From Monocercomonoides exilis PA203 (taxonomy: Eukaryota; Protista; Preaxostyla), in NCBI GenBank assembly GCA_001643675.2, contig LSRY02000024.1, positions 434,001 through 498,000 of the forward strand: DNA of 64,000 nucleotides, written 5' to 3'. Both the position numbers and the translations under genes were made by a program. Positions 1 to 13,525 of this stretch are shown here, in pieces. The notes under the pieces were generated by a model. The model was given only the letters and a program-made list of their open reading frames with translations, ran no database searches and was not told the origin of the DNA. Every line of letters begins with the position of its first letter. Position 1 is the first letter of the stretch.

Positions 1-367
1 TTTTTTAAGTTTTTTTCTCAAAGTCAATTGAGCTTAATTGACAACATTGTTCTTCAAAAAAATAAATACACTTTGCGAAGATATCCAAAATATTCAATTT
101 TTTTTAAAAAAAATAATTTAGATTCACTCAGTGAAATGTTACAAAATATCGTTTGAGAAAATTGAAATCTGTTCATTTTTTAATCAACTGTTCGAAAGAG
201 AATTAAATACCACGCAAACTCCAACATAATAAAATAAAGAGTGACTCATTTCAAATTAAGCAATTTTAAAAGAGAGAAAAAGAAAATGTCCAAAATGAAT
301 CGAAATCAGAAGACGCAAACAAATACAAAAAGAATTCCTTTTAAAAAAATGATAATTTTGAAATTTT

Positions 368-2647
368 TTAAGAAGAACTCTTCGCTTTTTCATCGTCTCC
401 ATACAGCTCGCTCTTCAGCTGCTTCAAAATAGCTTCCATTTCTTCTGTCACTCTCAGCATATATTGTTGCTGCTCATTAGAAGAAGAGGATGAGGAAGAA
501 GAGGAGGAGGAAGAGGAAGAGGAAGATGAAGAGGAGGAATTCGATTTTAACTGAAGAATTGCATCAATATCTTCAACTGGAATGGCATTTTTGATTCGCT
601 CTTTGGTTTCTGCTGTTCCTTTGTGGTGCATCAGACACAGAAGATGCAGAAGATGGTAGATTCGAGTGAAGTTGTACTGAGTGCGAGTCCTAATTTAACG
701 ATAATTATATATATATAAGTAAAAAGAAAAATAAAAATAAAAATAAAAAATAAATAAATTAAATAAAACAAATAAAACAAATAAAATAAATAAAAGAATG
801 ATATAAAAATCAAATATTATGAAAATAAATTGTTCAGATAAGAATAATAAATGCATTACAAATTCAATAGGGAAAAAATTAAATGATAAAAAAGAAAAAG
901 TCAAATGAAAATTTGTATTTCAAAGCATACTTTAACAGAAGCTTAGCATTATCCAAGAAATCTTCTCCTAATATCATTTTATGGTTGTCTAATTTTTATT
1001 TTTAAAAAAAAAAAGAAAATTATGAAAAATAAAAGCAAGCAATGGCAGTCATTCAAATGTGAAAAATCAAATGCATCACAACGAAATATTATCACAAACA
1101 TAAATTAATAGTTTTAAGAAAATCACAATTTTAATTAAGTAACAATAGCAAACCTTTCACCGACACCAGCGTCATCAAGCCAACAGCCGCCATCGCATTC
1201 GGCATGAATCCCATCGCAGGTGTTTCGCCTTTGATGAATGACGTCAGCACATTTATTGGCTCCTTCATCTCCTCTTTGCACACACACCCCACATTCAGGA
1301 ACGCCATTCCAGCAGCTGAGTATTCCTTTGCCCAGTCAAGCGAGGTCTTCTTGAAGAACGCCAAAAGCTCTTCTTCAACATGGTTCTCCACAAGCACATC
1401 TTTGCACATGAGATCAGATGCTGTCTTGTTGGCATCTTCGCCTGTTGCTTCGCTTTTGGCTTCTTTCTCTTTCCCTTTCTCTTCCTCCTCCTCCTCATCT
1501 TCGTCTTCGTCCTTCTCCTTCACACACATCATACAGAGTGTGCTTATACCCACAGCCGCACACGCAGCCACTGTCAAATTATCAGCCTGTTTCAACAGCT
1601 TCACAAAAAGCGGAATCGCTTCTGCCACAAACTGCTGGAATTCCCGCGCTCTTTGCTCCTGGATGACCTGCAGCAAGCGGAACACCATCTGCGAAGAAGG
1701 AGAAAAAGTGGATGAAAGAGGCTGAGAAGACGCAGGAGATGGTGAGGAAACAGATGATGAGCCAAGTCCGACCATCTTCTGTGCGCTTTTTGTAGTTTCT
1801 TCTGATGCTGGAGAAACAAGAAGATCGTAAATTTCTTTCTCAGCATCTGCAGACTCCTTTAATCTTTTAATGATTGCATCTTCCTCCATTTTCTCTTCTT
1901 CGCCTCCTTTGCAGTCATGGCATTTGCCCCCGGAGCATCCACCACATTTCCCACCTCCATGGCAGTGGCATTGATGGCAGCAACCCTTCTCTTGTTGAAA
2001 TTGTTGTCTCAACAAAAATGGAATTAGAAGCTGAGCAACCTCTGGCTTGGTTTTGTGATGGTTTGATGAAGGTCCTTGGATTTTTACAATTAAAGCAGCA
2101 AGTGCGGGTGTTAGCGTGAGAGGATCGATTTTTTGCTCTGAATTTTGTGGGACAGAAGATGAAGGTGCTTCATTTTCATCAAGGGAAGAGGTGGCAATAC
2201 GCAAAACGGACAACAATGAGTGATATATATCATCATTTGGATCCTCTTCTGACTTTTCACCAGTTGGATTTTCAACATAAGGCTTTGTAACTGGATTCAT
2301 AGCCGCAATGTTATAGAAAATGTCCTCAAATGGCTTAACTTGCTCTTCAAATTTAAGTGTGTTTAAAAGGCTAAAATACATTGAAATCATATCGTTTCCT
2401 ACAAATTCTTTCCATTCACATTTATCTTCTGATTCTAACTTTTCTTTTTTTTCCAAATACATTTTCGGCCAAGCATCGCTTTTTGCTCTCAAAGTGTAAA
2501 TTGCTTGCTCAACGGTTGAAACAGATGAATCCCTAATTGTTTTTAGAGATTGAAAATCCTAAAAAATAAAAAGAAATACACAAACAGCTCTTGTTTAACT
2601 TTTCCGACAAGCACGGTCGATCCAAGCATAGTCATTAAGCTGTTCAT
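368..2647 (-). CDS. Hypothetical protein, ~610 aa, 4 exons, probably helical/ARM-like, with a Cys/His-rich insert
   Basis: Exons 2647-2600, 2558-1154, 988-931 and 689-368 join in frame across GT-AG introns and link ORFs 1131..2492 and 368..631. The ARM-like call rests only on the amphipathic helix pattern (AIPLFVKLLK..., VEEELLAFFK). Confidence 0.7.
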
Positions 2648-3949
2648 GTTTTTTTCCTTAAAGGTTTTCAACCAAAATTAAGGTGAATATTCAGATCCTG
2701 TCACATAACAAAATTTGAATTTGAAATGTAATTTTTCCAATTTAGATGTTTTAGAAAAGACAAAAAGAATTTTTTCGGTTTTAGCATTTTAAAATATTCA
2801 CAAATTCACAAAAATGAAGACCGTGAAATGGAAAACTTTTTGGCAAATATGAAAAATAACGTGAATTACCGATTCAAATCTAGCAACAAATTACTTATGA
2901 TAACAAGATTTCTGGTTAAAAGCGCTGGAGTCTCTTTAAAAACGGAACTGGATATTAACACATATGATTATGCTTGCTGAAATACTTCCTGTTTCACTTA
3001 TTTTGTAGAACTTTATTTACCAAGCTAAGAATTGAATCTGGCTTGTCAATGTTAATTTTATGAGCAACCTTTCGTTGATATCTGTTTTGTTTTAAAAAAA
3101 TTTCATAAAACAAACTTTTTAAAAATTGAGCATACAAAACGAGTGATGGATTCATATCAATCTGCATTTGCAAGCAAACATCTTAAAGAATTTGTGAATA
3201 AAAAAGGCAAATATTACACAGTCTTCAAACCATAAAGCTCATCACAGTCAATAGCTCCGATTTTAAATTTGCCATTATCACGATTAACAAAAGCAAAATG
3301 CTCATAAAACGGGAAAAATTGCTGAGAATGGAATTAAAATTAACAAAATTGAAAGGTGATTGCAAACTTTGCATTGTCCGCACATTGGAGAATGACTGTA
3401 AATAGAATATTCAAACAAGTAATAAATAATAAATATATGTGGAACAATTGAACAAACTATAGCACCAACGTTGGAATTTCAGACTCAAGTGACTTTTGTA
3501 ATGAAGCATCATCAAAAATTGTCAGATATGACTTCTGAGGTTTGTTTTCTTTGAAAATTTTATTGAAAAAAAAATAAAATTGAAGAGAAAATGTTGGCAA
3601 AAAATGATAAAGAAAACAAAAGAAAGAAAAATATATTTAATAAATAATGAATTCTTTAAATTTACTAAGGAATTCGACAAACCAATTTTTTTAGAATTAT
3701 CCAATTTATTCTCTCCAACATCAAATTCACGATTTACATTACCAAATATCCAAAAGGCAGTAAATCCTACACTAAAGGCAACAGTTAGCATTGTTAAACG
3801 TAATGTTCTCTTCTGTCTTTCAGAAAATGGTACCATTAATTACGATCGCAAACGATCTACTCCCACTTGCATTAAGTTTTGCGAAAAAACTGCTTGTTGT
3901 TATTTGAGAATTTGTTTTGGAAGCAATTATTTTCAACTCATCTTCATAT

Positions 3950-5284
3950 ATGGATTCATCTAATTCAACACCCCAGTATTCATCTCGTTCTGGAACTCCA
4001 GTTCATCGAAGTCGATCTCATGCTTCTTCTTCGCCTCCAAAAGTTAAAACTTGGGAATGGTGGTATTACTCGAAGGATAGAGTTTGCAACATAGATTTGA
4101 ATCGTTTTATTAAAGTCAATTTCATTTCTTGCGAAGATTGATCGACTTCCTGCAAGCAGAAGAGCTTTGGTTGTTAGACCAGAAATAGAGCAAAGTGTGT
4201 CAACGAAAAATAGTATTTTTTTGATATGTATATTATTGTGGAAAAAATAGGGCATAAGCAATTGGAACAAGAACGTGATGCAATTGAGAAAGCTGTAACA
4301 GGATATTTTCGTTCGAAACAGAAGGCTCATAGAGAATCGCAAAGATATCGGTTTTTGACACAGTACATCGAGCACCAACAAGTTTGAATTTATATTGTTT
4401 TATGTATTTAATTAAATATTTTTTTCACATCATAGGAAGAGAAAGAAATTGGTACAATGCACAAACTCAAAAAAAGTCGAAGTGGTACTGCAACTCCTTT
4501 GGATTCACTGGAAGAATCTATTATTGAGCAAGGATATATTCCACAAACGCTTTCTCGAAGGCAATCACGTTCCACTTTGGGTGACATTGGAATCTCATCA
4601 ACAATCCAATCCACGTCCTCCTCTCAATCTCCAACACCAATTCTATCAACGACAAGCTCATTAGCTTCTTTTGCAGATCAATCGCCTCCCATCCAAACAC
4701 GGGGCTTTTCTTCAATCACACAACAGGACTTCATCGATTCGACCATCACATCCACACAGCAACTGAATGCCGCCAACTTGGCATCTTCTTCCACTGCACC
4801 TTTCTCTCCTCCTCACATCACCTCAATCGCTGCCTCTGCTCAAATCGTCTTTGCACCTACTCCTCCCAAACGCTCTCACACCTCACTCGGCTTTTCGAAC
4901 TCACGAGCGCTGTATCCCTCTCCTTATATGGCTCAGTCACGGCCTGGTTCTCCTTCAAATTCTGGGTCGCCCCTTTCGCCGCCCTTAAACTTTTCCGGGC
5001 GCAGGCAATCACCACAAAATATGTCACGTCTCCGTTCGTTTTCTCCATCTTATTCTTCTTCCTCCTCCTCCTCTTCTCCAACTTGCACTTCACCTTCTCT
5101 TTCAAAGGAGCGAGGAAGAAGCCCCAAAAGTGGGTGTTGTGTGAAGAATCGAAGTTTGAGTGCAACAAGAGGCGAATTATGTTCAGCTGAGATGTCAATG
5201 ATGGAACTGGATAACTTTGCCAGCCAGCTAAAAAGAGCAGAAAAACAAAGGAAAAGAATACTGAAGAAGATGGAGGAGCCATAA
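3950..5284 (+). CDS. Hypothetical Ser/Pro-rich protein, about 4 exons
   Basis: ORF 3917..4141 splices in frame through short exons (~4137-4195, 4251-4381) to ORF 4457..5284 via GT..AG introns. An upstream exon from ATG 3803 is also possible. Confidence 0.6.
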
Positions 5285-5976
5285 GAAATGAGATAAATTT
5301 TTGATTGATGCGGTTTGTTTTAATCAAAAATTAAAAGGAAAAAAAAAATAACTTATTTTCCATATGTTTTTGTTAATAATGATGAAGCAACAAATGAAAT
5401 TTTTATTATTTCGATAGAAAATGATATTCTCAACATATTTTATAAACAATTTTTTTTAATTCTTTTATTTGCTGAAGTATGTACCTTATCTTCATTCGCC
5501 TCTAATTTCCTTCATCTTTTCAAAGAGTCTTATTTGTGTCCATGTTTTTCACATTTTTTGATCTCATTTCAATTTTAAAAAATATTTTTTTTAATCATTT
5601 TTTGACTGATTAATCTCTTCATTTCAATTTATTTTCTTTCTTTCTTTCTTTTTTACTGTTTGTTTCTTTGTCATTCGTTGGGGTGAATCTTTTTTTATTT
5701 GTGAATCGCTTTGAAGAAATAACGCTATTATTTTTTCTTTTCCTGCTTTGTTCGGTTGCAAAAGAATTCCAGAATTTTTATGATGATAAAAACATTTGCA
5801 TTTTTTTGGATTACTTCATTAGAAAAAAAGAAAAACAAACTTTCAGAAAAATAGATCTAATTCTGTTATATCATATTTTACACAAATAAAAGTGAAAAAA
5901 TTAAAATTGATCTTAATTTTAAAAAATTATTATAAATCTTTTTATTGAACAACTTTCTTTCTCACATAAAATTCTT

Positions 5977-8900
5977 CTATTCTTCTTCCTCATAATCATC
6001 ATCATCATCTTCTTCTTCTTCTTCTTCTTCTCCAAAATCTTCTCCTTCCCTTCCCTCCTCTCTTCCCTTCTTCCCCTTCATCCACTCAACCCCTTTCACA
6101 TTCACCTTCACATTCTTCAACCCTTCTTCATTCGGAGCAATTCTTATAGGCTTACAACTTCCTTCTTGTAACAAGCAAATAAACTTTTTAGCCTGCAACA
6201 CAAGAAGAAGAGCAAACAAATGAGCGCATTGACTTCTGCTGATATTTCGAGTCATTTCGCGGAATGAGAGAGTGAAGAAGGAGGTAAAGGGGGAGGAGAG
6301 GAAAGAAGAGAGGGAGGAGGAAGAAGAGGAGGAAGAAGAAGAAGAGGGAGAAGAAGGAGAAGAAGAAGAAATTGATGAAGAAGAAGTAAATGTTGATGAT
6401 GTTGATGATGATGAAAGAAACTGAAGTCGTGATTGAAGAGAAGAAAGTTGATTGTTTTGAGTTCTTTTTGATTCATTTTGAGTTTTCTGTTTGTCTTTCT
6501 TTGTTTTGTCATCTCTTTCTTCTTCTTCATTATCCCCTTTATCCTTTCCTCTTCCTCCTTTTCCCCTTCCCTTTCCCTTTCCTCTTCTTCCCTTTCCTCC
6601 TTTCTCTTTCTCCTCTTCTTTTTCCTTTTCTTCTTCTCCTTCCTCTTCTTCTCTTTCTCTTTCTCTCTCTCCTTCTCCTTCTCCTTCTATCATCATCCCC
6701 GGGTGCAGTAGAATAGCAGCCTTGTGCGAAATAAGCAGCTTCAGAAAGCAAACAATGCTCACAGCCACTTTACACACATTTTTGTTCTTATTTTTTGTTT
6801 TCTTCTTCTTCTTCTTTTTCTTTTTCTTAACTTTCATCGTCTTCTTTCTCTTCTTGCTTTCATTTGAATACGTTTTGAAATGATTCATTCTTCCTTTTCC
6901 TTCTTCTCTTTCTTCTGCATTATCATAATCATAATCATCATCTTCTTCTTCTTCTTCCTCTCCTTCCTCTTCCTCTCCTTCCTCTTCTTCTTCCTCTTCT
7001 TCCTCTTCAACAGAAGGTATAACCACACAATCCCACTCACTTTCTCGTCTAATCTGATTCCTCAGCCGATGATAGAACACTTTGAACAGCCACGGCACTG
7101 ATTGCAGCTCAAGTTTGCTTTCTTCTTCTTCTTCTTCTTCTTCTTTAAATTCTTCTTCCTTTAATTCTCTTCTTTCTTTTCTCTTTCTTTCTTCTTCTTC
7201 TTCTCTTCCTTCTTCTCCCTTTCTTTCTTCTCCTTTTTCTTCCATTTCGTTTTCTTCCTCTTCTTCTTCCTCTTCCTCTTCCTCTTTTCCATTCAAGTCA
7301 TCCAACTTCATTTGTTTCTTCTTTGAAATCATGTTTTGTTGATTGATTGTCAAATTCTGCTTTTTTGAGAGTGTTTTTGAAGGAGAAGGCAGAAATGGAG
7401 TGAGAGAGAGAGAAATAGGAAGAGGAGAAGAAGAGGAAGAGGAAGAGGAAGAAGAAGAAGAAGAAGTTGATGAAGAAGAAGTTGATGAAGAAGAAGAGGA
7501 AGAAGAAAGAGAAGGAGGAGGAGAAAGAGAAAGATGAAAAGATGAGAATAACGAAGGAGATTGAGAAGAAAGAGAAGGAGAAGAGGAAGAAGAAGAGGAA
7601 GAAGAAGAGAAATTCGAGAAAGGAGAAGGAAATGAATCATTATGCAATAAATCAGGTGTTGGTGTTATGAACGTATTTCGCATAGAAGTCGAACCGCCTT
7701 CAAATTGAGCTGTTGAACCTGAAAATCGGCTTTTCAAATAATCTTTTCTGTTTCTGTCGTTTTCTTCTTCGTTTTCTTCGTGTTCTCTTGATGGATCAAA
7801 TACTGAAATTATTGATGAAAACGCATTTGTCACATAAGTTATTAATTATTATAAAAAAGAGATAAAAACAAAGAAAGAATATGATAATTTGTATCAAAAA
7901 AATATCAAAAAGATATAAATTTTTCAATAAAACGTAATTTTCTGTATAATTTTCAAATTTTTCAAATATTAATAAGACACCTCTTCTTCGTGGCACATCT
8001 ACAGCCCCAACATCTGCTGGTTGATCAAACCATTCTTCTTCCTCCTCCTCTTCCTCTTCTTCTCTTTCTCTTCTTCTTCCTCTTTCTTCTTCTTCTTCAT
8101 TATAATTATTATCATTATTATCATTGTTATTTCTTCCGTCTAATCTTCTTCCTCTCTCAAAATATCTTCTCCTTCTGCTGCTAAATGCATCCAACATTTT
8201 CTCTTCGTCTTGTTCGTCTTCTCTTTCAAGTGAAGAATTCTTTTCTGCTTTCACCAGCTGAGCACGTGAAAGAGAGGGATATCGAAGACTTGAGTTAAGA
8301 AGAGAGGGAGGAAGAATAAAGAAAGGAAAGAAAATAAAGGAAATAAATAAAATAAAATAAAATAATGATAAATGTGATTAAAATAAAAAATTAAATAAAA
8401 TTAAATGGAATAAATTAAAAAAGAATAGAATGCACAGCAATACAACTTCATCACATACATTTCTTCAAACATCCTTCTCCTCATCTGCCCCTCCTTCTTT
8501 TCATCTGATCTTGTCTTCACCAAACTTCCTCTTCTGTTCCATCTTCCTTTCTCTTTGTCATTTTTCATTCCAAATCTCTCTGCAAATACTTCTTCGATTC
8601 TGCTCAGTTTTCTCTTCTCGTCAAATTCATTCCTCAAAAAACGATCCAAAAACATTGCTTTCATTCTTCTTCGCAGTCTTCTTCCTCTCCTCCCTTTCCT
8701 TCTTCCTTCAGCTTCTTCTTCAATCAATCTTTCTTCTTCCTCTTCCTCTTCCTCTTCTTTCTTCTCTTTCCTCCTCTTTCCTTCTTCTTCTCCTCCTCCT
8801 CCTTCTATCTCCTCATATCCCCTTCTCTCTTCTCCCTCTTCCCTTTTCCCCCTCACAAGCATCGTCGCATCTCTCGCCCATTCTTTCATCGTCGCACTGT

Positions 8901-10008
8901 CAATCATTCCAACCTCATCCACAATCGGATGCTTAAACTGCCTTAGCAACCGAAACACCTTCAGTGCTCTTTCCTGATCCTCTTCTTCCCTGTCATATCC
9001 CTCATTTTGCTGTGCTTCGTTTCCTCTTCCTCCCCATTTATCTATTCCTTCTTCTTCTTTTTCTTCTTCTTCTTCTTCTTTATTGTCTTCATCATCTTCT
9101 TTTTCCTCTTCTCTGTTTCTGTTTCTATTCGTTTTGTCATTCAAAGTCCTTTTCTTCTTCTTTTTCCCGTCTTTCTCTTCCATCTCAGCCACTTTTGCAC
9201 TATCCCAAAAAGAAGGCGTGACTTCAAGAAGCGCTTTTCCTCCTCTTTCTGTTCTGACAGTCGAAGGCGTCCGTAAAAAAGCAGCTGGGCTGAGCGTGAC
9301 TGATAGCAGATCGTCTTCCATCAAGGTGTTTGAGTCGTCTTCTGCTTCAAATGAAGGAGAACCAATTACGAGTGAGGACGTATCATAATCCATAAGTCCA
9401 TAGAACTCGTCTTCTTCATTCTGAAAAAAATCAAGCTCAGAAAAATTTGCTTCATTTGCCAAAGTTCCAACAAAAAAATCGGATCTTCTTTGTGGAATGT
9501 CCAACAATTGTGGAAAATGCAAATTTGAATCGATTCCAACAATTGTGTTCATAGGTTTTGCTCTTGTAGATGCTGTTTCAAGACTTCGTCTTGCAAGATG
9601 ATCCTCATTGGAAAGTAAATCTAGCAATTGGTTCGATGGAAGAAGCAGTGCATCATTTTGTTCCAAAAGCGTGTCACTCAAAGTTATCTGATTTCTTACT
9701 GCGCGACCTTTGCTTTTTGGTAAGGTTATAACTGCTCCATACGATACAAATTGTGAACGTGTTATAGCATGAATAACAGTAGCCTCCAATAGGCGACTCT
9801 TTCGATCCAAGATCCGTGTCAACCCAAGAAATAAAACTCCTCCAACTCGAATTGATGTTGGAGAAACAGTTGAAGCAATCATTCTACTTGCCTCCACAAT
9901 ATCAGTTCTCTCGATAACTCTTTTAGATATTTTTGCTGTTGTTCCAGCAAGCCACACCGCTGATAAAGGACCTTTTCTTAAAAAAATGTTGCTCGTTCGA
10001 AATGCCAT
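5977..10008 (-). CDS. RAD21: Rad21/Rec8 family cohesin kleisin, ~1227 aa, 3 exons
   Basis: N-terminal kleisin motif KGPLSAVWLAG...SIRVGGVLFLGLTRILDRKSRLL and C-terminal winged-helix motif FREMTRNISRSQCAHLFALLLVLQAKKFICLLQ. Exons 10008-8459, 8288-7981 and 7802-5977 join in frame (3684 nt). Rad21 versus Rec8 is unresolved. Confidence 0.88.
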
Positions 10009-10303
10009 AAAAAGTCTCGTCTTATAGCCTTAAACGGCCTAAATAGAATGAGCAAGAAAATTACTCAATTATATATTTTGACATGAACTGTATCCGTTGT
10101 CACATAAGAAATGTTTTAAAAGATCAGTATGTCTGTATAATAAACATTTTGATTATTTAATTCACAATTTTTTCGATTTGAAAATCATTTGAACAGATAA
10201 CAAATAGAAAATAAATTGTTCAAAAAAGGAACAAAACATTTTCTTGGTATATTATGGAATTCAAGTTATTCTTTTTTAAAATTTGAGTTTGTTTGAATTA
10301 TAA

Positions 10304-10350
<47 letters not shown>

Positions 10351-10810
10351 GTGAAATAGATTTTTCCCAGAAATATCAATCGTTCAGATTAATCATCATG
10401 CATGTTTCTGACAGATTTTCTTATTGAACTTTATTGAAATGAAAGAAATCTGTTTTGAAATTGTTCAATTATTTAATCTTCAATTTTTTTCGGAAATATT
10501 GTTTCTTATAAAGTTTATCATTGGATATGTATCACGTAAAAAACAAATAAGAAAATTATATCAAATTAATTAAAAATGACAAATTAGCTAACTTGCAATC
10601 CATCATGATAAAAAGAAGTGAATTCACATTCATTTGTGCAACACATTTTTTTATAGTCTCAATTAAAATAATTATCAAAATCATTCGATCTCAACATTTA
10701 TACGTTGGAAATTTGCAATTGGACTGTCAAATTTTACTTAAACAACAACCTCAACTTGTTGTTTGTATTTCTCACACTTTTTTCATACTTGCTTTTATTA
10801 ATTTAGAACT

Positions 10811-10845
<35 letters not shown>

Positions 10846-11322
10846 CGAAAAGGTTCAATTTATCAAAAAAAGTTATTTGATGATTTGAAATGTTAATGAC
10901 ATATACAGAATAAATGTTTGAACAAAAAGAATTACATATGTCCTATCAAGTGTTAATTAGATAAATAAATGAAGAAAAATTTGAAACAAAAGAATTATTT
11001 TTTGATCAAAACAAAAATGTTTCCTGACAAAGTTGGTTTGTAATAACATGAAAAATGGTTAAAAACCAATTATTGGAAATAGCATAATAATTATTCGAGC
11101 ATTGCCATGAACTTTATCTTCCAGACAATAGAAACATGTGTGAAAAATTTGATTTATCGAAAAATAAAATTGTTATTTTTTTCTCGTAAGTGTTTTCTTA
11201 AAATGCATATGAGTGTGAACATGCTGGCAAAAGGTATCTTTCAGAGAAATCGAAGAATTCAAAATTTGTTTTTAAAAAGGCTTTTTGTTTTTCAGAAAAC
11301 TTTCATAAACACTCTTTTATGT

Positions 11323-11576
11323 GTGTGACAATTTTTGAAATCATAACATTTTTCGGGATGTCTATTTTTCAAAAACTGTTTGTCAAAATGAAGAGAATTT
11401 GTTCTCAAATGCAAAATTCATCAAACATGTTGCAAAATCCAATGTCTAAGCTGAAATTAGATGAAGATGTTACAAACCGGCCTTATTCGTTTTCGGTGTT
11501 CATTTGTTGATATTAATGTGAAATATTCAAACCGAAAATTCTGAAAGAAAAAATATGACTTCAAAAATAATCACCC
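11323..11576. mobile_element. MITE (254 bp), family A copy 1
   Basis: Degenerate ~25-bp TIRs (gtgtgacaatttttgaaatcataa / atatgacttcaaaaataatcaccc) with a 4-bp direct repeat ATGT on both sides. Inverted homolog of 12929-13183. Confidence 0.7.
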
Positions 11577-11748
11577 ATGTTGAAAATATTCTTAATTTTT
11601 TCCTTTTATTTTCTTTGTCTCATCTTTCTCAAAAACAACTGTAAGCTGATAGTATTTTTTGAAATATTTAAAAGAAAATAAATATATTAATAATGAATAG
11701 TTTTTTTCTCATTTTAATAAATTTGGAAATTGTTTATGTTTTTAATGG

Positions 11749-12108
11749 TGGACACTTTCAATAACTATGGACAGTTGCATTTTCGCAACAACTGTTGATG
11801 GTTGCTTTTTGACAATTAACTCAATTATTCCCTCAATGAATATGAACTTATAAGTCATACAGAAATGAAACAATTTTCTTCAAAGAACGAAGAAAAAATA
11901 ATTTTCAATTTTCGGAGTATCTTATTTCTCCGAATTTCTCCGAAAATAGAAAAAAACTTTTTAAAAAAATATGATTATGATGTGCAAATGAAAAAAACGA
12001 TTCGTATTAGTTCACATTCAATGAGGGAATAATTGGGTTAATTGTCAAAAAGCAACCATCAACAGTTGTTGCGAAAATGCAACTGTCCATAGTTATTGAA
12101 AGTGTCCA
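11749..12108. repeat. Foldback/MITE-like element, ~100-bp near-perfect inverted arms
   Basis: 11749-11849 (tggacactttcaataactatggacagttgc...) is the reverse complement of 12008-12108. There is a small central hairpin attttcggag/ctccgaaaat. No clear TSD. Confidence 0.85.
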
Positions 12109-12413
12109 ACGATATAAACACTAACTTTAAATGGGAAATTTGCTAGAAATTGGCTCATAACTGCTCAATTCAAGTTTTTTAATAAAGTTTGAAAAAAGTC
12201 AAACGAAAGTCTCTATTTGGATAAATGACTATTCAATCAATTTCGAATTTGTTCAAAAAGTTGTAACATGTCTTATGCATTAATGGCATCTCAGTATTAC
12301 ATTTTTTTGCTTTTTATTCATGTGTGGGAAAAAAAAACCTTTGACTAACAAATTCAAAATAATAACTTTTTTGGTTGGATCGTTTTTTCCAAATATTTTT
12401 ATTTTCGGCTGGT

Positions 12414-12774
12414 ACAGTTTGTGCAAAAAAAACCGGATGAGATCGATTTCTCAAAAATCGCAAGGGGAATAATTCTGATAATTTTCTACAAAATTCACCT
12501 CATTAATACGAACTCATTTGATATCCAAAACTTTCAAAGCAGCTTCATTTGTGTTCAGAAAAATTTCATGATTGAAATTTTGGAGAAATAGGATTTTGAG
12601 TTTCCCCGAAATTTTCGAAATAGTTTTCTCTGAGCACAAATGAAGCTGTTTTGAAAGATTTGTATATCAATTGAGTTTGTATTAATGAGGTGAATTTTGT
12701 AGAAAATTATCAGAATTATTCCCCTTGCGATTATTGAGAAATCGATCTTATCCTGTATTTTTTGCACAAACTGT
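12414..12774. repeat. Foldback/MITE-like near-palindrome (361 bp)
   Basis: Arms of ~145-170 bp (acagtttgtgcaaaaaa...gcaaggggaataattctgataattttctacaaaattcacctcattaatac) recur inverted at ~12600-12774. Ends are ta|CAG...CTG|tc, resembling Tc1/mariner ends. Confidence 0.85.
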
Positions 12775-12928
12775 CAATTTATAAAAAAAATCAAACTGAA
12801 TAAAAATTGCTCTGAAAGCCCACAAAAGATTTGGGTGAATGAATAAAATATTTGCTAATGAAGCCTTCACTTTTCAGTATTTATTTTTTTAAACAAATAA
12901 AATTGTATCTTTCAAAAAACGAAAATAT

Positions 12929-13183
12929 GGGTGATTATTTTTGTAATCATATTAATTCTTTAAAAAATTTCGGTTCGAAATTTTCTTTTGAATGTTAAAC
13001 AATGAACACTGAAAAATGAGATGGACTTTAAGAAGCATCAACATCTTCACTTGAGCAAAAATATTTGTTTGCAAAACATTTGTGATAAAGACACACATTG
13101 CTGAGAAAATCTCTTCTCATTGACAAACAACCCTTAAAAAAAGAACACCCCGAAAAAAGTTATGATTTCAAAAATAATCACCC
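12929..13183. mobile_element. MITE (255 bp), family A copy 2
   Basis: TIRs gggtgattatttttgtaatcata / tatgatttcaaaaataatcaccc, flanked by ATAT on both sides. Internal sequence resembles 11323-11576 in reverse. Confidence 0.75.
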
Positions 13184-13525
13184 ATATCGAATAAATAAAT
13201 ATGACGTTTAAAAACATAACCCATGTTGATCAACAAATTTGATTACAATCTTTTTTAATTGAATTATTTTTGGTGTTGTGTTTAAATAATTAAACCATTG
13301 AAAAGGAACAGGCTGAAGTATTTGTTGCTTTCCTAAAAAAAGAGCTTAACCCCTGCATACATATATAAACAGCATACATACATAAATTCATTCATTCATT
13401 TGAAAACAATCCCTCAAAAATAAACATCAAATAAATTAAAAATATAAAAACAATGCAAAATGAAGACTTTCCCAGTTTTTCTATAATGATTGTTGAAAGA
13501 TACTTCAAAGCATATTTGGAAAATG

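Noticed and set aside
2698-10108. TGTCACATAA motif upstream of two minus-strand genes (about 2699 and 10098)
   Set aside because: A third copy lies in an intron (~7828), and three hits in AT-rich DNA are too few to call a promoter element.
10306-10845. Long poly-T runs and short ORFs upstream of the kleisin gene
   Set aside because: Simple homopolymers in AT-rich intergenic DNA. The ORFs have no coding-like composition.
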